Shown piece after piece: positions 1 through 15,108 of a stretch of 64,000 bases of DNA (the stretch's first letter is position 1; each line of letters starts with the position of its first letter). The notes below the pieces were generated by a model. It saw only the letters and a list, made by a program, of their open reading frames with translations, was not told the DNA's origin and did not search any database. A program made the position numbers and the translations under genes. Source of the stretch: Tubiluchus corallicola (lineage: Eukaryota > Animalia > Priapulida); the NCBI GenBank assembly GCA_030141605.1, contig JAQGDQ010000568.1:62001-126000 (forward strand), given 5' to 3'.

Positions 1-65
1 AAGATGCTACAAGAAGCTGAGGAAAATGGTTCGAAATGGCAATACTGTAATTCCGTATCATACTT

Positions 66-650
66 TTAAAGCAAAACCGGACTCAATCTTTGACGCTAAG
101 TCAAAACAACCTACTCCTTAAAATACTGAAAGGAAACATACTATTTTTTCAAAAATGACTTACGTGGAAGAATTATTACCACACAAACACAGTTTCACGT
201 TCGCGCCATTAGTTCTTTGCTGTTACATGCATTTCGCCATTCGCTAGTTAAACGGGCACTAAAAAACAGCATTTTTTGGAAGCAAAAAACAGGTGCTGTA
301 CCTGTCAGTTCAGATGTGTTAGTTTGCGAGGATCTACGCATGTTCGACAGTTCATGCGTGACCACAGTGGTAAATTTGAAATTTGCAATAGTACAACACA
401 CTGAATAACTTACAATAGCACTATACTTCAATTTTCGCTTTCGCAAACACGAGCAACGCGTCCGTGGAATATTTTTGCTGTTAAAAATTACCTTAATTTG
501 TGACGTCATCAATAGTTAGGCTTGCCCATTGTTAATTAAGTTTCTAATCTATTATGCAATTATCAGAAACGTTTTTGCAGTATTAATTGTATTAAAATGT
601 GTACTTTTATCTTGCTTGAAAATGGGATAGTATATGAAAAATCATCCATT
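66..650. mobile_element. Kolobok-like MITE family B (one end decayed)
   Basis: Starts TTAA-AGCAAAACCGG; colinear with 19947-20564. Confidence 0.7.
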
Positions 651-1873
651 ACTTTTATCATTTTTACCATGCCGTAATTTCGTACCTTACCCTACGATAC
701 TGCCAGTCGGGTATTTCCGAACTGACGAATTTACTATTTAGTAATCAGAATGATCGTGGAATGCACTGAAGGTCAAAGTCAAAGTTCCCAGGCAGGTCTT
801 AAAATACCTCAGTATCTGCCACTAATGACTGCTCCGAGCGTTAATTCATGTTATTCAAATCGAGTGTTTTCGTTTCACAGACCTAACAATTATCACCATT
901 TAACGAAATTTCTGAAATTTGATGGACTTGACTTAGCCAGCTTATGGCGTTCTTTAGCTGAAGTGGCCCGGCGAAATGCAACTGGTGAGAATCGTCCAAA
1001 GTAAACAGTCACAAAACTCGGCAACACTTTTGGCTGCCACTTCTTCTATTGGGGGGCTGAAGTGTGCCATTGTATGGTTGTATAGGACCGCACCAGGACA
1101 CGAAAAGTTGAGCAGTGTTGTGTTCACAAGGTAAACAATGGCCTGACATCTAGAGTTCAGAGCAGTCTGCATTACTGCCAAATGACCAGAGTACTTGAAA
1201 TTCCTTCAAGTACTCCAAGAGGTTGGCAAAAATGAAGTGGTTTTAGTGATGGCAGAGCTGAAAGCAGACGGGGCGGGGGGGGGGAGTACGTGAGAGAACC
1301 AGCCCGGTTTCATGTCATCAAAAAATCAATAATTTTAGCACATTATGTAGTTTCAATCGTTTATATTTTTAAATTCTTCATTAGTCTACAATTTCAATCG
1401 TCTATATCTTCAAACTGCAATCCTAGATTGCAGATTCCTTGGTACTTGAACTGGCGTTAGCGAATTAGTGATCGTCTCTGCACTTCTGTCCGCCTCCGGA
1501 GGGGGTCGTAGCAGGAAAACATAAGCAAATCATCTTCCCGCGACTAACACTGGCTCTTCAGTTTGGTAACATAATAGGTTTTGTTTGTGGAAGGAATGTG
1601 TGTATTCGGGATGTGAGATATAAAGACCATTAAAATCAGTGACAAATTCCGAAAATGAGGTTTTTTAATTTATTTAGATACTGCGTATAACTAGCACTAA
1701 TTACTAAAATTTTTAGTAATTATTAGTTATTAATTAATAACTTTTTGAACCAATAAACAACGAATAAGAAACAAAGATATAGAGGAAGTGACGAAGCAAG
1801 GAAGGAAGGAGGAAACAGAGGAGTAAATGATGGAAAACATGTATTAACGAATTACTATGATGAAATAGGTATC

Positions 1874-2168
1874 TGAATGAATGAGTAAATGAATGGCTGT
1901 ATGAATGAATGAATGAATGAATGAATGAATGAGTGTATGAATGAATGAATGAATGAATGAATGAATGAATGAATGAATGAATGAATGAATGAATGAATGA
2001 ATGAATGAATGAATGAATGAATGAATGAATGAATGAGTGTATGAATGAATGAATGAATGAATGAATGAATGAATGAATGAATGAATGAATGAATGAATGA
2101 ATGAATGAATGAATGAATGAATGAATGAATGAATGAATGAATGAATGAATATATATATATATATATAT
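1874..2168. repeat. (GAAT)n plus (TA)n microsatellite
   Basis: Read directly; a degenerate continuation lies at 3328-3816. Confidence 0.95.
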
Positions 2169-3285
2169 TAATTCTTTATTTGTCATAAAAACGGTTCCCT
2201 CATTATAATAAAATTGAGTAAGCCTCAGCGTAATGTTAAAATAACAACACTGTTCAAGACAAATGCGTCCAGTGCATACTAAAAAAACTAAAGTGCAAAC
2301 TATATACAATATAATGAACATATTTACAAATACCATATTAAAATATTTTTACAAACTATTATAGGAAAGTACATTAAATTTTACATTACATAGTGCACAC
2401 TATTTACACATTTAACATTACGAAACACGAAACTAACATAACACGTATTACATTACATTATTTTTTTTTAAAAAATTTCATTTTTAATCATTATATGGAG
2501 TCAGGGGCGGGGGTAGATGAAAGTGGAGTCTGTGTAATTAGTATCAGATGCACAATGTGGAAGTTGAAACCCGTTATATTGATATTCTTTTAATTTCTTT
2601 TTAAAGTGGTGGAGAGATTCTATTTGTTTTATTTCACTGGGTAGTAAGTTCCATAAATGTATGGCCTGTTTTGATATAGAGTTATTTCCAAATTTATTGT
2701 TTACTGTAATTTGCTTTAAATTGTATGTTCTAGTGTTCAATGTGGTATCAGGAATAAATGCTAAGGGATTGTTTGTAAATGGAATGCTCAGTTTATTTAT
2801 ATATTTATAAAGAAATATCAGTGTTTTGGAATCTCGATAGGCTTGTAATATTGGTATTTTTGTGGACGTTCTTAAGCTTGTTGCAGAAGCAGCATGTTGA
2901 TTAGCAGTTTTGTTAGAGTAGCCATGAATTAATCTAAGTGCATAGTTTTGCATTGTATTTAGTTTTCTAAAGTTTTCATATTTAACGTTTTGAAGTAAAG
3001 TGCAACCATATAGATAATGTGGTAATATTAGACTTTTGTAGATGAGAATTTTTGTTTTCTTGGTTAGATAGCCTCCGGCGTAAGAATGTCGTGCTTAATG
3101 CCATCTTGTTGTCTATTTGATGAAACTGTTCATCCCAAGTGAGTTTATTGTCGACAGTAATGCCTAAAAATTTTACAGTTTTTGCTTGTTCTATGGAACA
3201 GTCACCTACTTTTAGTGTTGCATTAGAAGTAATGTCATTGGATTTGGGTGATATTACCATAAATTCTGTCTTATCATCATTCATT
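2150..3285 (-). mobile_element. 5'-truncated LINE (CR1/L2-group RT C-terminus, 3' UTR and (TA)n tail)
   Basis: Broken ORFs NDDKTEFM..VKFLGITVDNKLTW, QNYALRLI, LWNLLPSEIKQIESLHHFKKKLK; AATAAA before the tail; flanked by (GAAT)n on both sides. Confidence 0.85.
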
Positions 3286-4532
3286 TTTAAACCAAAATAG
3301 TTAAATGCTGCATTTATATTTGTTATGTATGAATGAATGAATGAATGAATGAATGAATGAATGAATGATTGAATAAGTGGATGAATGGATGGATAAATGA
3401 ATGAATGAATAAATGAATGAATGCGCGAATGATTGAATGAATGAATGAAAGAATGAATGAATGAGTAAGTGAATGAATGTACAAATGATTGAATGAATGA
3501 ATGAATGAGTGGATGAATGAATGAATGAATGAATGAATGAATAAATGAATGAGTAAGTGAATGAATGTGCTAATGATTGGTTGAATGAATGATTGAATGA
3601 ATGATTGAAAGAACGAACGAACGAACTAACAACGAATGAATGAATGAATGAATGAATGAATGAATGAACGAGTGAGTGAATGAATGAACAAATGAATGAA
3701 TGAACAAACGAATAGAAATGAATAAATGTGAGTATGAAAAATAAACAATGAACAAACACATATTGATTAATTACTCTGAAAAAGCAGGTATCTGAATGAA
3801 CGAATGAATGAATGAACATATTAATGAATTAAATATTCAATAAGAAAACAAAAAACATGTGAATCAATGAACGAAAACAACAAAAAATAAATTTCTATAA
3901 GGAAACATTTTCGTAAAAAAAATTCTTCGCATTCATGAGTCGTGGGAAAAAGACATGATCTAGTTAGTCCCTCATCAAGTAACACAACTATTACACAATT
4001 AGTAAGCAAACATATACATACAGAAGGGAAACCGTTATTGGATCGTCTTGATGAAGTCACGATGGCGTCATGATTTCGTGAGAAACTCTCTGCACAGACA
4101 ACAGGGAAGCCCTTGTTCTTGTGGGTCAGCAAGAGCCTGACAGATGCAAAACAGACAAATTATAATTGCATAAAGGACGTCCACGAATGTTTACGTAAAT
4201 AAATGATTACGTAACTCTTAACATCGTCCGTGTGCTGCTGGTAAAGGCAGTCAGAACTGCTATGAAAGAACTTATAATGTGGTTGATACAAGGCGTTCGT
4301 GGTGTATTTATTAGTAGCAATGCACAGAGCTTCGTTTTCAGATTGCAACGGAAGACAAACTTCTGGAAGTCCGAATCGTATATATTAAAATACAATAAAA
4401 TTTTTGTAAAGCTCAGTTCATTGATATTTTCATAAAGCTCCATTGTAGGTTATATTTCGTTTTTACTAAAATCTGAAACCAGCCTACGTAACGGGTTGTG
4501 CTCTTTGTACAAGACAACTTTCGGTTTATAAA

Positions 4533-4790
<258 letters not shown>

Positions 4791-6005
4791 CTTCTCTCTT
4801 TCTTCTTTCTCTTTCTTAATACCCTTAATAGTATTACATTAAGCTTATATGGCTGTACTGTTTTCCAAATATGGCGTCCAGCAAACGATTTGCAAAATAA
4901 ACCGACGCCTTATTGTACGCCTTAAAAGTAGACGAAAACCAGGCTGCACTGTCAAGCTTTGACGTGTATAAATATTTCACTGCAAGTTCACCTAAACTCT
5001 GTAAATAAATTCTATTCCACCTCGCGCCGGTTAGCATAAATATTAGGCTTATTCGGGGGCGACGAGAGAGGCTTTAATAACATAGATTCTCCTCTCCTTT
5101 CAACGCGTCATTTCTCTTCCCAAAAAACGCTACTGCTTATCCCGAAAATAAAGCAAACACAGGCACAAACGCGGTTTGGGATATGTATTGAGGAACGGCA
5201 GTTTGCCAAAATATTTAAATTGTTTTTCATCGTCGGTTATTAGCTTGGTAAAGCTTGTGCAATGGAAGCGAATGCTGTTTACATAGTTTTTCCGTTGGTT
5301 GCAAACATTGAGAATGTCACCTTGTGGCTTCTGACCACAGAAGATGGCGAGGTGGTGACGGCAACGGAGACTGCTAATTATCACGCAGCTTTCTTGACAT
5401 TACTATAACTATTACAATCTAAGAATACAAGTATAGATCAAACTAATAAAGTGATATCGTCTGCATACATAACATGATTCAATAATCATTTTACGATTTA
5501 ATTTATGCAGTTTTAACTTTTACACGATACAAAAGTTCAATAGAAGAAGGGATAAGATACCACCTTGTCTGACGCTTTCAGAGTAGCACTGTCCCCACGT
5601 TACACATAGTACTTAACTGCTGTACCAAGAGGACAAAAGTTTTTTGGGGTGTTGGGAATTTTTTCATGGTCAATATTTTCGAAGATAGGTAATCTTTATT
5701 CTTCAAGGGTTCAAGTGCAAAGAGAGTAGTGATATAGTGTTGATTTCCACCCTCTGATTGGTGAGAGGGCGGGGCTAACAGGCCAAACAGTAAAACTGAG
5801 GTCCCCTCCTTGATAGCACTTTCAGATTGCAATCAGGTTTCAATTTTTGTCTAAAGAAATAAACATCTTAAACATCTAAAGGTATTATTCCTGGGGAAGG
5901 ATTTACTCTATAACTTCCATTTCTCATTTTCTAAGAAATAAACTTCAGGAGTTTTCCCACTTAAAGGAGTTTACATGAGCAAAAAGAGATTCATAAATTA
6001 ATTAA

Positions 6006-6230
6006 TTCATTCATTCATTCATTCATTCATTCATTCATTCATTCATACATTCATTTATACATACATTCATTCATTCATTCGTTCGTTCGTTCGTTCGTTC
6101 GTTCGTTCGTTCGTTCGTTCATTCATTCATTCATTCATTATTTCATTCATTTAATCATTCATTCATTATTTCATTCATTCATTCATTCATTTATTTATTT
6201 ATTCACTCACTCACTCATTCATTTATTCAT
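6006..6230. repeat. (CATT)n/(CGTT)n microsatellite
   Basis: Read directly. Confidence 0.9.
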
Positions 6231-7079
6231 TCAACCTCTCCGCCTCTCTTTCTCTTTCTCTCTCTCTCTCTCTCCCACATGGTTCTATCGTTCTATCGTT
6301 CTGTCTTTTCTCCACTTTCGTCCTTCTCTGGCTAGTTCTCTCATTAAACCAGTAATTATTTTCACTACAATAATAATTTTTCGACAATTCAAGTGTTACT
6401 TTCATCATTCGAATCAAATTTCCATTTTTCTGTAAGCAACGAAAGCGGTACTGCACCGCAGCATCCCAGCCAGCGAAAGAAGAAGCTTCGGCTTCCTTAA
6501 TCACGCAATTAAGAATGCAAAGAAACTGCAGAATGGGTTTCGAATGTGAAGTGGCGCACTCCTTCCCTCTAATCTTCGCCGCCGCAAACGATTCCTCCAA
6601 GAAAATCACTCGTTACCGGCAAAGCGCCTCCTTTTGTTTGCCTTTCCCAGTGCATGTTTGCTGCCATTTATGAAGAAGAAAATTACATCCTCTGCCGGCT
6701 TATAAATATTGCTTTAAATCAGGAAAAACTTCTAAGTGTTGCTTTTTAATGAGAATGCTCGGAGATATTTATTATTTTAATTACTTTTAAATCACAAATT
6801 AAGACAAATGAACTGCAAAATTAAACCAGTATGTTAAATCATTTTCGATAATAATACGGTTTGCACTAAATCTGCAAACAATATGTGCGTTAACTACATC
6901 AGATACTTTAAAATAAATGTGTAATAAAAAAATTTCAAACGTTTTCTGCTTCTATTTAGAAATTTTATTTATTTATTTTATTTTAAATCCATTTTGCACA
7001 TTTGAAAGTACATGGCATTTAAAATTTTTTTAGAAACTCTGCTATACTATAAAAATTACAATAGAATCTACTAAAGACA

Positions 7080-7441
<362 letters not shown>

Positions 7442-7794
7442 CTTTTTATTGAGCACGGGGTAGTAGGCCCAACAATAGCATAACAAAACAATAATATATG
7501 GCATAAGTACATAACAGGCAGAACGAGATACTTACAAAAGCTAAGTACAGACATACTATATAAATGAGTATGATCAAGGTTTTAACTCGAGTGTTTAAAT
7601 TTTGATAATACACAGTGTGTTAATTCACAAATAATTTTTGAGTCTAAATTTCATAAAGTATCAACATCAATAATTGTCTGACCTATGTGTCTATAACACA
7701 TAAATTCTCAGTTACTTCACAACTACACATTACATGTTTTTCAGTTTGAACACTTGAAATGCACTAACAAAGTCGCAGTTCACGGTCAACACGG

Positions 7795-7796
<2 letters not shown>

Positions 7797-7826
<30 letters not shown>

Positions 7827-7981
7827 CATACATACATACATACATACATACATACATACATACATACATACATACATACATACATACATACATTCATACA
7901 TACATACATACATACATACATACATACATACATACATACATACATACATACATACATACATACATACATACATACATACAT
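7797..7981. repeat. (TACA)n microsatellite
   Basis: Read directly. Confidence 0.95.
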
Positions 7982-8357
7982 AATCTTTATTGAAAATCGG
8001 GTGTACAACGGAAGAAGAACATGAACAGACATCTTATGTCACTAGAAATATGTATTCTATTTCTCTAGAGAACGTATTAATATTTTTGCCTTTGAAGTTT
8101 CCATTATAACCTTTCACAGGGACCTCGTGGGACGGTTTCAGCTAATTTGTGCATAAAAATTAAACACACGTAGCCTTTTTTTAAACAAAATCGCGTTTGT
8201 ATTTTCAGTCCTCACTTTTACAGGTTTTGATGTTTCTGTTCTGAATTCCCTACGATCATCAAAAAATCCTACTTTCTCACGAGAGCCATTATCCTGTTTT
8301 CCTTAAATGGACTAAAATTTTTCGGAAGCAGAGGAAGCAGAAACTTTCCTCCTTTGA

Positions 8358-8982
8358 TTTTCTCATGTACGCCACATTGGTTAGTGGTTTCTCATGTACG
8401 TCACATTGGTTAGTGGTTTCTCATGTACGTCACATTGGTTAGTGGTTTCTCATGTACGTCACATTGGTTAGTGGTTTCTCATGCACGCCACATTGGTTAG
8501 TGGTTTCTCATGTACGCCACATTGGTTAGTGGTTTCTCATGTACGCCACATTGGTTAGTGGTTTCTTATGTACGCCACATTGGTTAGTGGTTTCTCATGT
8601 ACGCCACATTGGTTAGTGGTTTCTCATGTACGACATATTGGTTAGTGGTTTCTCATGTACGCCATATTGGTTAGTGGTTTCTCATGTACGCCATATTGGT
8701 TAGTGGTTTCTCATGTACGCCATATTGGTTAGTGGTTTCTCATGTACGCCATATTGGTTAGTGGTTTCTTATGTACGCCACATTGGTTAGTGGTTTCTCA
8801 TGTACGCCATATTGGTTAGTGGTTTCTTATGTACGCCACATTGGTTAGTGGTTTCTCATGTACGCCACATTGGTTAGTGGTTCTTTAGTAAGCGACATTG
8901 GTTAGTGGTTTCTCATGTACGCCACATTGGTTAGTGGTTTCTCATGTACGCCACATTGGTTAGTGGTTTCTCATGTACGCCA
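8358..8982. repeat. 29-bp minisatellite, about 21 copies
   Basis: Unit TTCTCATGTACGCCACATTGGTTAGTGGT, head-to-tail, no spacers. Confidence 0.95.
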
Positions 8983-9486
8983 TACACTGACACCACTACA
9001 TCAGTTACTAATTACACCCTGGACGCAGCCATTTATGCACAAAATCAGATCGGGCGTAATTGCGGATAATCTCAGCATTCTGCGCAGATTTATGCCCAAT
9101 TACCCAGCAGCTTGTTATTAATATGAAATCGGATGCCGAATAGAAACTGTTTGGAGGCGATTTGATACAATTTACGGCCGTAACAAGGAGCGAATTTACA
9201 TAACAACTTACTTGAATTACCTTCGTGTTTGCATTGGATAATAAAATATGAGGTATGAGCGAATACAAATAAGGCCGCGCTATGCTAACGACTGCAATTA
9301 GACGCAGGATTTATAGATTTTCTCACTAATTAGTGAACAATTACTGTCCGGGCACTATAAACTTTTGTGAATTTACAGTTATGAGACGTCAAAACTGTTT
9401 CTTTCAAACACTTGGCACGAAAGGTTACCTTTTATACTTAACTCTTTGGTGAACAAAATGAAAGTGTGCAGACGAAATGAACGACA

Positions 9487-10429
<943 letters not shown>

Positions 10430-11276
10430 ATGAAAGAAAAAATAAGGACTGGAAAATAGACGAAGAACAAATAACAAACTACGAATTCATTTTCAAATCT
10501 TCGGTCATTAAGAAATTTCGAATTCAAGCAGAAGAGGAAATCTTTTCAGGTTTTATTTATTCTGTTTGTATGAAATTATGAATCCCATTTCCTCAATCCT
10601 GGCTATATGTAATACTACTCGATGCTGAACGAAGATTTATGCCTGCTAGCTATGGCTTCAAAACATCAAAGAGCGTAAGTGAAGCCAGGTACGATTGTGT
10701 CAGTCCCACAAAGCAATGGTTTCGCTTCCTTACGCATTCATTCAATTCGCGCAGTCATTTGTTTGTTATTTCCTCTTGCATAATCGTTTACTGACGTTGT
10801 GTAGTCGTGCTCAGTTACATTTTTGGACAATTAAACTTATTTGTGAGGGTATCGCTTCTCCTGCCCGGCAATTGTTTGCCCACGATATGAGATTCTCTTT
10901 GTAAATAACTCGTTATTCGTAGCGGTATTTGCAAGAAAGTGCGGACAAAGCAAGAGTGGGAATCTTAAAAATGCTGCAAGCGAACGAAATATAAAGATTT
11001 TAGGAAATACTCGCGTTTCCAAGAGCTTTAAGTCAACCACGCTTGTAATTAACAATTCTCTTAGTAAAGGAACTTTTACAAATATATATGAATTTCATAA
11101 GTTAGCAGGGGCATATATTATAGTAAAATTATTGATATTATTTTCAATATTTACACGATTTTAACTGGTTTAAAATAATATTAAATAAACAATTTATCCA
11201 AACAATCTAAGTAATAATTATTTATTAAGTTAAACACCAATTCACTTAATTAATAAATGCCATATTTATTGATCTA

Positions 11277-11775
<499 letters not shown>

Positions 11776-12306
11776 AATAAAAAATAGTCACTGTTTACAG
11801 ATTAGCTCTTTATAAGCAAAGTAATTTGCTCTTATTGAGTTGGCACTTTTGCATTAAGGATTTGCAAAGACACCCTAACACGTTTCTCAGCTTTCTTTCC
11901 GGTCACAGTAATTAATAAAGCAGCACTAATGACTACCTTGATGCACCTTGAATTTCTTATTCCCTGTGACATTTTTTACTCTCATAATAACACAATAATT
12001 CTTTCTTTCCGGCTCGTGTCAGCAGTTGCGCTCATTCTCAGAATGCGCAGCGTGCGACACCTGCCGGCTGCTGACGTGTGACTCCGCCATGCTCAGCGCC
12101 ACCCCTCATTAACAATAACACAATTTTAACAAGAGATACAATTCTGATATGATTATTGGATGGACTATTCACACGGCTATTGTCCCTTTCATACTCATTC
12201 AGCGTCAGCGTGGGTTGAAGTGTGTGCTCTACAATAAACACTCTTCTGCTAATTTGTTCAAGTGATTAGTAAACTATTGGTAGTTGCTAAAGCACTTTTA
12301 GTTACA

Positions 12307-12810
12307 TTAAAGGAAGACCGGACGATTTTCTTGCATAACAATTGTTCCTTATATTTGTTTAATTAGCTTGGAAAGTTAATTAATGGCAACCGAACACAGC
12401 TATTACTTACGTCAGAAACTAACCACGGTTTGTGCAATGGCAGGCGTCTTCACTTGCGCATCAAGCACATTTGTATAAGTGTCACAGTACTTGTCAAATG
12501 CATGATGTCACGAAAAATGGTCTTACATCATATGACGTCAGAAACTAACATAGCAGTTCATGATCATCGTTATCACGGTACCGCCTTCTATTTGTCGGCC
12601 ACATGCACGTGACAAAAAGGAGCCGTTGCCAGTCTTAGTAGATTCACTGAGCTGCTCGTAGCTTTGAAAGTTTAACGAAATTTGAGTATCCGAGGTAATT
12701 ATTATTTAATCTAAGCTTTGATTTTAAAAAAAAGCTATTGTAGTTTTCAATCTTTTAGAGCATTCTTTATTCTGAACTTGTGTTTACACAATCATCCGGT
12801 TTTCCTTTAA
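12307..12810. mobile_element. Kolobok-like MITE
   Basis: TTAA-AGGAAGACCGGACGATT ... AATCATCCGGTTTTCCT-TTAA, a 17-bp TIR with 2 mismatches. Confidence 0.78.
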
Positions 12811-13262
12811 GGGAACGAAAGGAGAATTTTTCGTACAAAATTATGTAACTTAGCATTACGCTTACGTGAAAGACTTACGTAACCAAAAAAGAAAATCGTT
12901 AATAATTTGAATGTTCGCACAAACTGCACCAAAACGTCGCTGACTCACTTTTAGTGGTGCACCACTCATTCACCAAACAAACAATTATTTATCTTACTAA
13001 CAATGTAAATTACTTCAGAATTTGCTCAGTGTGTGAAGAGTTCTACGAATGCAGTGATTATTCTTTCAAACTTTACGCATTGTTATCTAAACTGTTTCAT
13101 TTGACTTACCATTAAAATGGCTGCGCCCAACGGTCATCACGTAAGTTTAAATTCACAAGTTTCATATAGAGTTACTGGTTTGCAATAATACAGCATGTAG
13201 GTAATATAAAATTTAACAACGTTTTTAGCTTTGTGTAACTAAAGGATTTTCTTGTGCTTTAA
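12807..13262 (+). mobile_element. Kolobok-like MITE family A, short form
   Basis: Ends TTTTCTTGTGCT-TTAA; internal blocks shared with 51578-52250. Confidence 0.75.
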
Positions 13263-14701
13263 ACTTTGATTAACAAGATTGAAGGAAGCATGTTAAAGTG
13301 GTTACTGTTTGCTGCACTCAGTGCACTGGCATAAAGGTTATGATGATCAAAATATATTCATCACTGCATGTTCACTTAGACTGGAAAATTGTCTTAGACA
13401 ATTGTCTAGATTCTGGTACCGTAATAACCAGCAGAATTTGCCATTATGGGATAGATCGAGGTTTGCAAAGTTTTGAGACTACTCGAGTTGTAAAAAAGTA
13501 AAAATCAAAACTGTTTTGTTCCCTACTTCACCACCAGGGTTTAATGGCCATTTGGTATTTTCATTTTTCCAACACAAAATTTGTTTTATAATAACTGCTG
13601 ATATTCCAGTAGTTTCAAGCTTGTCGTACAAGATTGCCAAAGTAACGCAAGATATTTCCACAAGAAATGAAAATGATGGCCATATTGGAATCTAAAATGA
13701 ATGTCATCATATACAGACTGAACCATATATTTTTAGAGAGAGAGAGGTATAGCAAAGGAAAATATACATTAACGTTTTTGTATTTTATGTGTGTCTGTTA
13801 ATATTGTTAATATGTTAATATTGTTAATATGTTAATATTGTTAATATTTTGTATATATTGCTTTTATGTTTTAACTGATCGAATATTCATGGAAAATGAT
13901 CGCCATTTTTGAATCCCAATATGACCACAGAAGGAAAATTTATCAACAAGGAGTTTCCCTTTCGTAACATCAGCAATAATTTCAAAAAATGTACTCGCAA
14001 ATGTACATTAATCCCACTTGTCAAAAATCCCTTTAGTAAAAAAACAGAAGCATGTGCGAAAATTGAAAAGTGAGGAGGAGGATGCTGATGAGCAGCAGCT
14101 TTCACAGTCACTGTGGTGCTACTCAGCTGGACAAATACCATTCAGCCCAGAAGCATCTCACATGAATTGCAGTAAGATGAAAATGATGCTGGCTGCCTTA
14201 ACTCACAAAGTTAAAAGACGGTATGTGTTTTACCACCAAGTTCATAATCTAAAACTGTTTGTGGCGTGCTATCATTATAGGATCGTCAAAAGTGTTCATA
14301 CGCATTCTGATACGTTTATAGTGCATACTTACAATTTAATGTGTATAATAAAATTGCATAATTAATACTTCGAAGTAGTTTAGCTATTATTATTGGTAAT
14401 TTTAACTTCAAAGTAGTTTAGTTGTTATTACTGTGTAGTGGGTATACATTAGACAAAAATATGATCGAAAATCGGGCGTTGAAAGCAAAGCTAGTTGCTG
14501 GCACTGGAGACATGACATTGATAATTAGCATATATATTTGGTCAAACTCAATAAGCCGGCAGCTTTGACATATTTTACGAATGGTTTCATTCATTAAAAG
14601 AGTGAAGGCGCTACTGTATTTTACCAACAAAACCGTAATCTTAAACTGTTTGTAGTGTGCTGTCACTATTTTCACTTGTTATTCCACGCAGTAGGTTTGT
14701 T

Positions 14702-15108
14702 TTAAAACGGAAGTAAAGGGAGTTTTAAAGTATTTTAGCATTGTGCTTAGTTGTTTGAAAAACTTATGTAATTGAAAAAGTAATGTAATAATGTAATAAT
14801 TTAAAATAATTTAAAATATTCACTTCGGCACTGTATTGCCATCCCAGTGTGCACCACTGATTCACCATAACGTACATTATTAACTTTGATTTGAAGCCGT
14901 GATTATTTTTTCCAAATTTTATACAATGTTATTTAAACTTGTTCCAAACGACTTAGCGTCAAAATGGCCGCGCCTAACGGTTATCGTGGGAATTTAAATT
15001 TACAAGTTTTATACAAAGTTAACCTCTGTATACAAGAAGACAGCATGTAAGTGACACAAGATTTCACGACGAATTTTTATTTATGAAGGGTGTTTTCTTG
15101 TGCTTTAA
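14702..15108 (+). mobile_element. Kolobok-like MITE family A, degenerate
   Basis: Shared internal blocks (GTGCACCACT, AAAATGGC.GCGCCTAACGG) and TTTTCTTGTGCT-TTAA end. Confidence 0.65.

Noticed and set aside
6223-6700. GC-richer stretch with a 128-aa ORF
   Set aside because: No recognisable protein, and the ORF runs into a (GA)n tract. It may be regulatory, but I have no supporting evidence.
8358-8982. CRISPR-like array of 29-bp repeats
   Set aside because: Units are contiguous with no unique spacers, there are no cas genes, and the context is eukaryotic.
13887-14365. Possible exon or ORF with an acidic patch (SEEEDADEQQ)
   Set aside because: No recognisable homology, no convincing acceptor, and no partner exons.
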